Assembly: GCF_009914755.1 (NCBI RefSeq)
Contig: NC_060939.1
Reading direction: 5' to 3' (one strand)
From: the human T2T-CHM13v2.0 reference genome, Homo sapiens
Length of the DNA: 64,000 nucleotides
Positions 25,002-39,000 of this stretch are shown here, piece by piece. The notes beneath the pieces were generated by a model. The model saw only the letters and a program-made list of their open reading frames with translations. It was not told where the DNA came from and did no database searches. Position 1 is the stretch's first letter. Each line of letters begins with the position of its first letter. The position numbers and the translations under genes were made by a program.

Positions 25002-28000
25002 GTGTCTCAAACCTGCTGTATGAATGGGAATGTTCAACTCTATGAGTTGAATGCAAACATCACAAAGCAGTTTCTGAGAATGCTGCTGTCTACTTTCTAT
25101 TTGTAATCCCGTTTCCAACGAAATCCTCAGAACTATCGAAATTTCCAATTGCAGATTCCACAAAAAGCGTGTTTCAAAGCTGCTCTGTAAAAAGAAAGGT
25201 TCAACTCTGTTAGTTGAATACACACGTCACAAACAAGTTTCTGAGAATGCTTCTGTCTAGTTTTTATGGGAAGATATTTCCTTTTTCACCGTAGGCCTCA
25301 AAGCGCTCCAAATGTCCACTTCCACATACTACAAAAAGAGTGTTTCAAACCTGCTGTATGAAAGGGAATGTTCAACTCTATGAGTTGAATGCAAACATTA
25401 CAAAGAAGTTTCTGAGAATGCTTCTGTCTAGATTTTATATGAAGGTTTTCCCGTTTCCAACGAAATTTTCAATGCTCTCAAAATATCCACTTGTAGATTC
25501 TACAAAAAGAGTGTTTCCAAACTGCTGTGTCAAAAGAAAGGTTCAACTCTGTTAGTTGAGGACACACATCACAAATAAGTTTCTGAGAATGCTTCTGTCT
25601 AGTTCTTATTTGAAGACATTTCCTTTCTCACCTTAGGCTTGAAAATGCTCGAAATATCCACTTCCAGATACGACAGAAACAGTGATTCAAACCTGCTCTA
25701 TGAAAGGGAATGTTCAACTAGGTGACTTGAATGCAAACATCACAAAGCAGTTTCTGAGAATGCTGCTGTCTACTTTCTATTTGTAATCCCGTTTCCAACG
25801 AAATCCTCAGAACTATCGAAATTTCCAATTGCAGATTCCACAAAAAGCGTGTTTCAAAGCTGCTCTGTAAAAAGAAAGGTTCAACTCTGTTAGTTGAATA
25901 CACACGTCACAAACAAGTTTCTGAGAATGCTTCTGTCTAGTTTTTATGGGAAGATATTTCCTTTTTCACCGTAGGCCTCAAAGCGCTCCAAATGTCCACT
26001 TCCACATACTACAAAAAGAGTGTTTCAAACCTGCTGTATGAAAGGGAATGTTCAACTCTATGAGTTGAATGCAAACATTACAAAGAAGTTTCTGAGAATG
26101 CTTCTGTCTAGATTTTATATGAAGGTTTTCCCGTTTCCAACGAAATTTTCAATGCTCTCAAAATATCCACTTGTAGATTCTACAAAAAGAGTGTTTCCAA
26201 ACTGCTGTGTCAAAAGAAAGGTTCAACTCTGTTAGTTGAGGACACACATCACAAATAAGTTTCTGAGAATGCTTCTGTCTAGTTCTTATTTGAAGACATT
26301 TCCTTTCTCACCTTAGGCTTGAAAAGGCTCGAAATATCCACTTCCAGATACGACAGAAACAGTGATTCAAACCTGCTCTATGAAAGGGAATGTTCAACTA
26401 GGTGACTTGAATGCAAACATCACAAAGCAGTTTCTGAGAATGCTGCTGTCTACTTTCTATTTGTAATCCCGTTTCCAACAAAATCCTCAGAACTATCGAA
26501 ATTTCCAATTGCAGATTCCACAAAAAGCGTGTTTCAAAGCTGCTCTGTAAAAAGAAAGGTTCAACTCTGTTAGTTGAATACACACGTCACAAACAAGTTT
26601 CTGAGAATGCTTCTGTCTAGTTTTTATGGGAAGATATTTCCTTTTTCACGGTAGGCCTCAAAGCGCTCCAAATGTCCACTTCCACATACTACAAAAAGAG
26701 TGTTTCAAACCTGCTCTATGATAGGGAATGTTGAAACCTATGAGTTGAATGCAAGCATTACAAAGAGGTTTCTGAGAATGCTTCTGTCTAGATTTTATAT
26801 GTAGATATTCCCGTTTCCAACGAAATCTTCAAAGCTATCCAAATATCAACTTGCAGATTCTACAAAAGGAATGTTTCCAAAATGCTGTATCCAAACAAAG
26901 GTTCAACTCTGTGAATTGAGGGCATACATCACAAAGAAGATTCTGAGAATGCTTCTGTCTAGATTTTATATGAAAATATTCCCGTTTCCAACGAAATCCT
27001 CAAAGCTATCCAAATATCCACTTGCAAATGCCACAAAAAGAGTGTTTCCAAACTGCTCTGTGAAAAGGAAGGTTCAACTCTGTTAGTTGAGTACACACAT
27101 CACAAAGAGGTTTCTGAGAATGCTGCTGACTAGTTTTTATTTGAAGATATTTCCCTTTTCACCTTAGGCCTAAGAGTGCTCGAAATGTCCATTTCCACAT
27201 ACTCCACAAAGTGTGTTTCAAACGTGCTGTATGAAAGGGAATGTTCAACTCTATGAGTTGAATGCAAACATCACAAAGAAGATTCTGAGAATGCTTTTGT
27301 CTAGATTTTATATGAAGATATTCCCGTGTCCAACGAAATTTTCAAAGGTCTCCAAATATCCATTTGTAGATTCTACAAAAAGAGTGTTTCCAAACTGCTG
27401 TATCAAAACAAAGGTTGAACTCTGTGAGTTGAGGACACACATCACAAATAAGTTTCTGAGAATGCTTCTGTCTAGTTTTTATTTGAAGATGTTTCCTTTT
27501 TCACCATAGGCCTGAAAGCGCTCGAAATGTCCACTTCCAGATAGTACAGAAAGAGTGTTTCAAACCTGCTCTATGAACGGGAATGTTCAGCTCTGTGAGT
27601 TGAATGCAAACATCACAAAGCAGGTTCTGAGAATGCTTCCGTCTAGATTTTAAATGAGGATATTCCCGTTTCCAACGAAATCCTCGAAGCTATCCAAATA
27701 TCCACTTGCAGATTCCACAAAAAGAGTGTTTCAAAACTGCTCTGTCAAAAGATAGGTTCAACTCTGTTAGTTGAGTACACACATGGCAAACAAGATTCCG
27801 AGAATGCTTTCGTCTAGTTTTTTTGGGAAGATATTTCCTTCTTCACCATAGGCCTCAAAGCGCTCCAAATATCCATTTCCACATGCTATACAAAGAGTGT
27901 CTCAAACCTGCTGTATGAATGGGAATGTTCAACTCTATGAGTTGAATGCAAACATCACAAAGCAGTTTCTGGGAATGCTGCTGTCTACTTTCTATTTGTA

Positions 28001-31000
28001 ATCCCGTTTCCAACGAAATCCTCAGAACTATCGAAATTTCCAATTGCAGATTCCACAAAAAGCGTGTTTCAAAGCTGCTCTGTAAAAAGAAAGGTTCAAC
28101 TCTGTTAGTTGAATACACACGTCACAAACAAGTTTCTGAGAATGCTTCTGTCTAGTTTTTATGGGAAGATATTTCCTTTTTCACCGTAGGCCTCAAAGCG
28201 CTCCAAATGTCCACTTCCACATACTACAAAAAGAGTGTTTCAAACCTGCTCTATGATAGGGAATGTTGAAACCTATGAGTTGAATGCAAGCATTACAAAG
28301 AGGTTTCTGAGAATGCTTCTGTCTAGATTTTATATGTAGATATTCCCGTTTCCAACGAAATCCTCAAAGCTATCCAACTATCAACTTGCAGATTCTACAA
28401 AAGGAATGTTTCCAAAATGCTGTATCCAAACAAAGGTTCAACTCTGTGAATTGAGGGCATACCTCACAAAGAAGATTCTGAGAATGCTTCTGTCTAGATT
28501 TTATATGAAAATATTCCCGTTTCCAACGAAATCCTCAAAGCTATCCAAATATCCACTTGCAAATGCCACAAAAAGAGTGTTTCCAAACTGCTCTGTGAAA
28601 AGGAAGGTTCAACTCTGTTAGTTGAGTACACACATCACAAAGAGGTTTCTGAGAATGCTGCTGACTAGTTTTTATTTGAAGATATTTCCCTTTTCACCTT
28701 AGGCCTAAGAGTGCTCGAAATGTCCATTTCCACATACTCCACAAAGTGTGTTTCAAACGTGCTGTATGAAAGGGAATGTTCAACTCTATGAGTTGAATGC
28801 AAACATCACAAAGAAGATTCTGAGAATGCTTTTGTCTAGATTTTATATGAAGATATTCCCGTGTCCAACGAAATTTTCAAAGGTCTCCAAATATCCATTT
28901 GTAGATTCTACAAAAAGAGTGTTTCCAAACTGCTGTATCAAAACAAAGGTTGAACTCTGTGAGTTGAGGACACACATCACAAATAAGTTTCTGAGAATGC
29001 TTCTGTCTAGTTTTTATTTGAAGATGTTTCCTTTTTCACCATAGGCCTGAAAGCGCTCGAAATGTCCACTTCCAGATAGTACAGAAAGAGTGTTTCAAAC
29101 CTGCTCTATGAACGGGAATGTTCAGCTCTGTGAGTTGAATGCAAACATCACAAAGCAGGTTCTGAGAATGCTTCCGTCTAGATTTTAAATGAGGATATTC
29201 CCGTTTCCAACGAAATCCTCGAAGCTATCCAAATATCCACTTGCAGATTCCACAAAAAGAGTGTTTCAAAACTGCTCTGTCAAAAGATAGGTTCAACTCT
29301 GTTAGTTGAGTACACACATGGCAAACAAGATTCCGAGAATGCTTTCGTCTAGTTTTTTTGGGAAGATATTTCCTTCTTCACCATAGGCCTCAAAGCGCTC
29401 CAAATATCCATTTCCACATGCTATACAAAGAGTGTCTCAAACCTGCTGTATGAATGGGAATGTTCAACTCTATGAGTTGAATGCAAACATCACAAAGCAG
29501 TTTCTGAGAATGCTGCTGTCTACTTTCTAGTTGTAATCCCGTTTCCAACGAAATCCTCAGAACTATCGAAATTTCCAATTGCAGATTCCACAAAAAGCGT
29601 GTTTCAAAGCTGCTCTGTAAAAAGAAAGGTTCAACTCTGTTAGTTGAATACACACGTCACAAACAAGTTTCTGAGAATGCTTCTGTCTAGTTTTTATGGG
29701 AAGATATTTCCTTTTTCACCGTAGGCCTCAAAGCGCTCCAAATGTCCACTTCCACATACTACAAAAAGAGTGTTTCAAACCTGCTGTATGAAAGGGAATG
29801 TTCAACTCTATGAGTTGAATGCAAACATTACAAAGAAGTTTCTGAGAATGCTTCTGTCTAGATTTTATATGAAGGTTTTCCCGTTTCCAACGAAATTTTC
29901 AATGCTCTCAAAATATCCACTTGTAGATTCTACAAAAAGAGTGTTTCCAAACTGCTGTGTCAAAAGAAAGGTTCAACTCTGTTAGTTGAGGACACACATC
30001 ACAAATAAGTTTCTGAGAATGCTTCTGTCTAGTTCTTATTTGAAGACATTTCCTTTCTCACCTTAGGCTTGAAAACGCTCGAAATATCCACTTCCAGATA
30101 CGACAGAAACAGTGATTCAAACCTGCTCTATGAAAGGGAATGTTCAACTAGGTGACTTGAATGCAAACATCACAAAGCAGTTTCTGAGAATGCTGCTGTC
30201 TACTTTCTATTTGTAATCCCGTTTCCAACGAAATCCTCAGAACTATCGAAATTTCCAATTGCAGATTCCACAAAAAGCGTGTTTCAAAGCTGCTCTGTAA
30301 AAAGAAAGGTTCAACTCTGTTAGTTGAATACACACGTGACAAACAAGTTTCTGAGAATGCTTCTGTCTAGTTTTTATGGGAAGATATTTCCTTTTTCACC
30401 GTAGGCCTCAAAGCGCTCCAAATGTCCACTTCCACATACTACAAAAAGAGTGTTTCAAACCTGCTGTATGAAAGGGAATGTTCAACTCTATGAGTTGAAT
30501 GCAAACATTACAAAGAAGTTTCTGAGAATGCTTCTGTCTAGATTTTATATGAAGGTTTTCCCGTTTCCAACGAAATTTTCAATGCTCTCAAAATATCCAC
30601 TTGTAGATTCTACAAAAAGAGTGTTTCCAAACTGCTGTGTCAAAAGAAAGGTTCAACTCTGTTAGTTGAGGACACACATCACAAATAAGTTTCTGAGAAT
30701 GCTTCTGTCTAGTTCTTATTTGAAGACATTTCCTTTCTCACCTTAGGCTTGAAAACGCTCGAAATATCCACTTCCAGATACGACAGAAACAGTGATTCAA
30801 ACCTGCTCTATGAAAGGGAATGTTCAACTAGGTGACTTGAATGCAAACATCACAAAGCAGTTTCTGAGAATGCTGCTGTCTACTTTCTATTTGTAATCCC
30901 GTTTCCAACAAAATCCTCAGAACTATCGAAATTTCCAATTGCAGATTCCACAAAAAGCGTGTTTCAAAGCTGCTCTGTAAAAAGAAAGGTTCAACTCTGT

Positions 31001-34000
31001 TAGTTGAATACACACGTCACAAACAAGTTTCTGAGAATGCTTCTGTCTAGTTTTTATGGGAAGATATTTCCTTTTTCACCGTAGGCCTCAAAGCGCTCCA
31101 AATGTCCACTTCCACATACTACAAAAAGAGTGTTTCAAACCTGCTCTATGATAGGGAATGTTGAAACCTATGAGTTGAATGCAAGCATTACAAAGAGGTT
31201 TCTGAGAATGCTTCTGTCTAGATTTTATATGTAGATATTCCCGTTTCCAACGAAATCTTCAAAGCTATCCAAATATCAACTTGCAGATTCTACAAAAGGA
31301 ATGTTTCCAAAATGCTGTATCCAAACAAAGGTTCAACTCTGTGAATTGAGGGCATACATCACAAAGAAGATTCTGAGAATGCTTCTGTCTAGATTTTATA
31401 TGAAAATATTCCCGTTTCCAATGAAATCCTCAAAGCTATCCAAATATCCACTTGCAAATGCCACAAAAAGAGTGTTTCCAAACTGCTCTGTGAAAAGGAA
31501 GGTTCAACTCTGTTAGTTGAGTACACACATCACAAAGAGGTTTCTGAGAATGCTGCTGACTAGTTTTTATTTGAAGATATTTCCCTTTTCACCTTAGGCC
31601 TAAGAGTGCTCGAAATGTCCATTTCCACATACTCCACAAAGTGTGTTTCAAACGTGCTGTATGAAAGGGAATGTTCAACTCTATGAGTTGAATGCAAACA
31701 TCACAAAGAAGATTCTGAGAATGCTTTTGTCTAGATTTTATATGAAGATATTCCCGTGTCCAACGAAATTTTCAAAGGTCTCCAAATATCCATTTGTAGA
31801 TTCTACAAAAAGAGTGTTTCCAAACTGCTGTATCAAAACAAAGGTTGAACTCTGTGAGTTGAGGACACACATCACAAATAAGTTTCTGAGAATGCTTCTG
31901 TCTAGTTTTTATTTGAAGATGTTTCCTTTTTCACCATAGGCCTGAAAGCGCTCGAAATGTCCACTTCCAGATAGTACAGAAAGAGTGTTTCAAACCTGCT
32001 CTATGAACGGGAATGTTCAGCTCTGTGAGTTGAATGCAAACATCACAAAGCAGGTTCTGAGAATGCTTCCGTCTAGATTTTAAATGAGGATATTCCCGTT
32101 TCCAACGAAATCCTCGAAGCTATCCAAATATCCACTTGCAGATTCCACAAAAAGAGTGTTTCAAAACTACTCTGTCAAAAGATAGGTTCAACTCTGTTAG
32201 TTGAGTACACACATGGCAAACAAGATTCCGAGAATGCTTTCGTCTAGTTTTTTTGGGAAGATATTTCCTTCTTCACCATAGGCCTCAAAGCGCTCCAAAT
32301 ATCCATTTCCACATGCTATACAAAGAGTGTCTCAAACCTGCTGTATGAATGGGAATGTTCAACTAGGTGACTTGAATGCAAACATCACAAAGCAGTTTCT
32401 GAGAATGCTGCTGTCTACTTTCTATTTGTAATCCCGTTTCCAACGAAATCCTCAGAACTATCGAAATTTCCAATTGCAGATTCCACAGAAACAGGGTTTC
32501 AAAGCTGCTCTGTAAAAAGAAAGGTTCAACTCTGTTAGTTGAATACACACGTCACAAACAAGTTTCTGAGAATGCTTCTGTCTAGTTTTTATGGGAAGAT
32601 ATTTCCTTTTTCACGGTAGGCCTCAAAGCGCTCCAAATGTCCACTTCCACATACTACAAAAAGAGTGTTTCAAACCTGCTCTATGATAGGGAATGTTGAA
32701 ACCTATGAGTTGAATGCAAGCATTACAAAGAGGTTTCTGAGAATGCTTCTGTCTAGATTTTATATGTAGATATTCCCGTTTCCAACGAAATCCTCAAAGC
32801 TATCCAAATATCAACTTGCAGATTCTACAAAAGGAATGTTTCCAAAATGCTGTATCCAAACAAAGGTTCAACTCTGTGAATTGAGGGCATACATCACAAA
32901 GAAGATTCTGAGAATGCTTCTGTCTAGATTTTATATGAAAATATTCCCGTTTCCAACGAAATCCTCAAAGCTATCCAAATATCCACTTGCAAATGCCACA
33001 AAAAGAGTGTTTCCAAACTGCTCTGTGAAAAGGAAGGTTCAACTCTGTTAGTTGAGTACACACATCACAAAGAGTTTTCTGAGAATGCTGCTGACTAGTT
33101 TTTATTTGAAGATATTTCCCTTTTCACCTTAGGCCTAAGAGTGCTCGAAATGTCCATTTCCACATACTCCACAAAGTGTGTTTCAAACGTGCTGTATGAA
33201 AGGGAATGTTCAACTCTATGAGTTGAATGCAAACATCACAAAGAAGATTCTGAGAATGCTTTTGTCTAGATTTTATATGAAGATATTCCCGTGTCCAACG
33301 AAATTTTCAAAGGTCTCCAAATATCCATTTGTAGATTCTACAAAAAGAGTGTTTCCAAACTGCTGTATCAAAACAAAGGTTGAACTCTGTGAGTTGAGGA
33401 CACACATCACAAATAAGTTTCTGAGAATGCTTCTGTCTAGTTTTTATTTGAAGATGTTTCCTTTTTCACCATAGGCCTGAAAGCGCTCGAAATGTCCACT
33501 TCCAGATAGTACAGAAAGAGTGTTTCAAACCTGCTCTATGAACGGGAATGTTCAGCTCTGTGAGTTGAATGCAAACATCACAAAGCAGGTTCTGAGAATG
33601 CTTCCGTCTAGATTTTAAATGAGGATATTCCCGTTTCCAACGAAATCCTCGAAGCTATCCAAATATCCACTTGCAGATTCCACAAAAAGAGTGTTTCAAA
33701 ACTGCTCTGTCAAAAGATAGGTTCAACTCTGTTAGTTGAGTACACACATGGCAAACAAGATTCCGAGAATGCTTTCGTCTAGTTTTTTTGGGAAGATATT
33801 TCCTTCTTCACCATAGGCCTCAAAGCGCTCCAAATATCCATTTCCACATGCTATACAAAGAGTGTCTCAAACCTGCTGTATGAATGGGAATGTTCAACTC
33901 TATGAGTTGAATGCAAACATCACAAAGCAGTTTCTGAGAATGCTGCTGTCTACTTTCTATTTGTAATCCCGTTTCCAACGAAATCCTCAGAACTATCGAA

Positions 34001-36055
34001 ATTTCCAATTGCAGATTCCACAAAAAGCGTGTTTCAAAGCTGCTCTGTAAAAAGAAAGGTTCAACTCTGTTAGTTGAATACACACGTCACAAACAAGTTT
34101 CTGAGAATGCTTCTGTCTAGTTTTTATGGGAAGATATTTCCTTTTTCACCGTAGGCCTCAAAGCGCTCCAAATGTCCACTTCCACATACTACAAAAAGAG
34201 TGTTTCAAACCTGCTGTATGAAAGGGAATGTTCAACTCTATGAGTTGAATGCAAACATTACAAAGAAGTTTCTGAGAATGCTTCTGTCTAGATTTTATAT
34301 GAAGGTTTTCCCGTTTCCAACGAAATTTTCAATGCTCTCAAAATATCCACTTGTAGATTCTACAAAAAGAGTGTTTCCAAACTGCTGTGTCAAAAGAAAG
34401 GTTCAACTCTGTTAGTTGAGGACACACATCACAAATAAGTTTCTGAGAATGCTTCTGTCTAGTTCTTATTTGAAGACATTTCCTTTCTCACCTTAGGCCT
34501 GAAAACGCTCGAAATATCCACTTCCAGATACGACAGAAACAGTGATTCAAACCTGCTCTATGAAAGGGAATGTTCAACTAGGTGACTTGAATGCAAACAT
34601 CACAAAGCAGTTTCTGAGAATGCTGCTGTCTACTTTCTATTTGTAATCCCGTTTCCAACGAAATCCTCAGAACTATCGAAATTTCCAATTGCAGATTCCA
34701 CAAAAAGCGTGTTTCAAAGCTGCTCTGTAAAAAGAAAGGTTCAACTCTGTTAGTTGAATACACACGTCACAAACAAGTTTCTGAGAATGCTTCTGTCTAG
34801 TTTTTATGGGAAGATATTTCCTTTTTCACCGTAGGCCTCAAAGCGCTCCAAATGTCCACTTCCACATACTACAAAAAGAGTGTTTCAAACCTGCTCTATG
34901 ATAGGGAATGTTGAAACCTATGAGTTGAATGCAAGCATTACAAAGAGGTTTCTGAGAATGCTTCTGTCTAGATTTTATATGTAGATATTCCCGTTTCCAA
35001 CGAAATCCTCAAAGCTATCCAAATATCAACTTGCAGATTCTACAAAAGGAATGTTTCCAAAATGCTGTATCCAAACAAAGGTTCAACTCTGTGAATTGAG
35101 GGCATACATCACAAAGAAGATTCTGAGAATGCTTCTGTCTAGATTTTATATGAAAATATTCCCGTTTCCAACGAAATCCTCAAAGCTATCCAAATATCCA
35201 CTTGCAAATGCCACAAAAAGAGTGTTTCCAAACTGCTCTGTGAAAAGGAAGGTTCAACTCTGTTAGTTGAGTACACACATCACAAAGAGGTTTCTGAGAA
35301 TGCTGCTGACTAGTTTTTATTTGAAGATATTTCCCTTTTCACCTTAGGCCTAAGAGTGCTCGAAATGTCCATTTCCACATACTCCACAAAGTGTGTTTCA
35401 AACGTGCTGTATGAAAGGGAATGTTCAACTCTATGAGTTGAATGCAAACATCACAAAGAAGATTCTGAGAATGCTTTTGTCTAGATTTTATATGAAGATG
35501 TTCCCGTGTCCAACGAAATTTTCAAAGGTCTCCAAATAAAGATTGTTTCCAAACTGCTGTATCAAAACAAAGGTTGAACTCTGTGAGTTGAGGACACACA
35601 TCACAAATAAGTTTCTGAGAATGCTTCTGTCTAGTTTTTATTTGAAGATGTTTCCTTTTTCACCATAGGCCTGAAAGCGCTCGAAATGTCCACTTCCAGA
35701 TAGTACAGAAAGAGTGTTTCAAACCTGCTCTATGAACGGGAATGTTCAGCTCTGTGAGTTGAATGCAAACATCACAAAGCAGGTTCTGAGAATGCTTCCG
35801 TCTAGATTTTAAATGAGGATATTCCCGTTTCCAACGAAATCCTCGAAGCTATCCAAATATCCACTTGCAGATTCCACAAAAAGAGTGTTTCAAAACTGCT
35901 CTGTCAAAAGATAGGTTCAACTCTGTTAGTTGAGTACACACATGGCAAACAAGATTGCGAGAATGCTTTCGTCTAGTTTTTTTGGGAAGATATTTCCTTC
36001 TTCACCATAGGCCTCAAAGCGCTCCAAATATCCATTTCCACATGCTATACAAAGA
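25002..36055 (-). repeat. Cluster of hybrid-monomer HOR variants: 17-mer, 9-mer, 17-mer, 9-mer, 13-mer with 21-bp deletion
   Basis: Markers at 25002, 27897, 29432, 32327, 33862, 36056 (2895, 1535, 2895, 1535, 2194 bp). Confidence 0.9.
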
Positions 36056-39000
36056 GTGTCTCAAACCTGCTGTATGAATGGGAATGTTCAACTCTATGAG
36101 TTGAATGCAAACATCACAAAGAAGTTTCTGAGAATGCTTCTGTCTAGATTTTATATGAAGGTTTTCCCGCTTCCAACGAAATTTTCAATGCTCTCAAAAT
36201 ATCCTCTTGTAGATTCTACAAAAAGAGTGTTTCCAAACTGCTGTATCAAAACAAAGGTTCATCTCTGTTAGTTGAGGACACACATCACAAATAAGTTTCT
36301 GAGAATGCTTCTGTCTAGTTCTTATTTGAAGACATTTCCTTTCTCACCTTAGGCCTGAAAGCGCTCGAAATACCCACTTCCAGATACTACAGAAACAGTG
36401 ATTCAAACCTGCTCTATGAAAGGGAATGTTCAACTACGTGACTTGAATGCAAACATCACAAAGCAGTTTCTGAGAATGCTGCTGTCTACTTTCTATTTGT
36501 AATCCCGTTTCCAACGAAATCCTCAGAACTATCGAAATTTCCAATTGCAGATTCCACAGAAACAGGGTTTCAAAGCTGCTCTGTAAAAAGAAAGGTTCAA
36601 CTCTGTTAGTTGAATACACACGTCACAAACAAGTTTCTGAGAATGCTTCTGTCTAGTTTTTATGGGAAGATATTTCCTTTTTCACGGTAGGCCTCAAAGC
36701 GCTCCAAATGTCCACTTCCACATACTACAAAAAGAGTGTTTCAAACCTGCTCTATGATAGGGAATGTTGAAACCTATGAGTTGAATGCAAGCATTACAAA
36801 GAGGTTTCTGAGAATGCTTCTGTCTAGATTTTATATGTAGATATTCCCGTTTCCAACGAAATCCTCAAAGCTATCCAAATATCAACTTGCAGATTCTACA
36901 AAAGGAATGTTTCCAAAATGCTGTATCCAAACAAAGGTTCAACTCTGTGAATTGAGGGCATACATCACAAAGAAGATTCTGAGAATGCTTCTGTCTAGAT
37001 TTTATATGAAAATATTCCCGTTTCCAACGAAATCCTCAAAGCTATCCAAATATCCACTTGCAAATGCCACAAAAAGAGTGTTTCCAAACTGCTCTGTGAA
37101 AAGGAAGGTTCAACTCTGTTAGTTGAGTACACACATCACAAAGAGGTTTCTGAGAATGCTGCTGACTAGTTTTTATTTGAAGATATTTCCCTTTTCACCT
37201 TAGGCCTAAGAGTGCTCGAAATGTCCATTTCCACATACTCCACAAAGTGTGTTTCAAACGTGCTGTATGAAAGGGAATGTTCAACTCTATGAGTTGAATG
37301 CAAACATCACAAAGAAGACTCTGAGAATGCTTTTGTCTAGATTTTATATGAAGATATTCCCGTGTCCAACGAAATTTTCAAAGGTCTCCAAATATCCATT
37401 TGTAGATTCTACAAAAAGAGTGTTTCCAAACTGCTGTATCAAAACAAAGGTTGAACTCTGTGAGTTGAGGACACACATCACAAATAAGTTTCTGAGAATG
37501 CTTCTGTCTAGTTTTTATTTGAAGATGTTTCCTTTTTCACCATAGGCCTGAAAGCGCTCGAAATGTCCACTTCCAGATAGTACAGAAAGAGTGTTTCAAA
37601 CCTGCTCTATGAACGGGAATGTTCAGCTCTGTGAGTTGAATGCAAACATCACAAAGCAGGTTCTGAGAATGCTTCCGTCTAGATTTTAAATGAGGATATT
37701 CCCGTTTCCAACGAAATCCTCGAAGCTATCCAAATATCCACTTGCAGATTCCACAAAAAGAGTGTTTCAAAACTGCTCTGTCAAAAGATAGGTTCAACTC
37801 TGTTAGTTGAGTACACACATGGCAAACAAGATTCCGAGAATGCTTTCGTCTAGTTTTTTTGGGAAGATATTTCCTTCTTCACCATAGACCTCAAAGCGCT
37901 CCAAATATCCATTTCCACATGCTATACAAAGAGTGTCTCAAACCTGCTGTATGAATGGGAATGTTCAACTCTATGAGTTGAATGCAAACATCACAAAGAA
38001 GTTTCTGAGAATGCTGCTGTCTAGATTTTATATGAAGGTTTTCCCGCTTCCAACGAAATTTTCAATGCTCTCAAAATATCCTCTTGTAGATTCTACAAAA
38101 AGAGTGTTTCCAAACTGCTGTATCAAAACAAAGGTTCATCTCTGTTAGTTGAGGACACACATCACAAATAAGTTTCTGAGAATGCTTCTGTCTAGTTCTT
38201 ATTTGAAGACATTTCCTTTCTCACCTTAGGCCTGAAAGCGCTCGAAATACCCACTTCCAGATACTACAGAAACAGTGATTCAAACCTGCTCTATGAAAGG
38301 GAATGTTCAACTATGTGACTTGAATGCAAACATCACAAAGCAGTTTCTGAGAATGCTGCTGTCTACTTTCTATTTGTAATCCCGTTTCCAACGAAATCCT
38401 CAGAACTATCGAAATTTCCAATTGCAGATTCCACAGAAACAGGGTTTCAAAGCTGCTCTGTAAAAAGAAAGGTTCAACTCTGTTAGTTGAATACACACGT
38501 CACAAACAAGTTTCTGAGAATGCTTCTGTCTAGTTTTTATGGGAAGATATTTCCTTTTTCACCGTAGGCCTCAAAGCGCTCCACATGTCCACTTCCACAT
38601 ACTACAAAAAGAGTGTTTCAAACCTGCTGTATGAAAGGGAATGTTCAACTCTATGAGTTGAATGCAAACATTACAAAGAAGTTTCTGAGAATGCTTCTGT
38701 CTAGATTTTATATGAAGGTTTTCCCGTTTCCAACGAAATTTTCAATGCTCTCAAAATATCCACTTGTAGATTCTACAAAAAGAGTGTTTCCAAACTGCTG
38801 TGTCAAAAGAAAGGTTCAACTCTGTTAGTTGAAGACACACATCACAAATAAGTTTCTGAGAATGCTTCTGTCTAGTTCTTATTTGAAGACATTTCCTTTC
38901 TCACCTTAGGCCTGAAAACGCTCGAAATATCCACTTCCAGATACGACAGAAACAGTGATTCAAACCTGCTCTATGAAAGGGAATGTTCAACTAGGTGACT

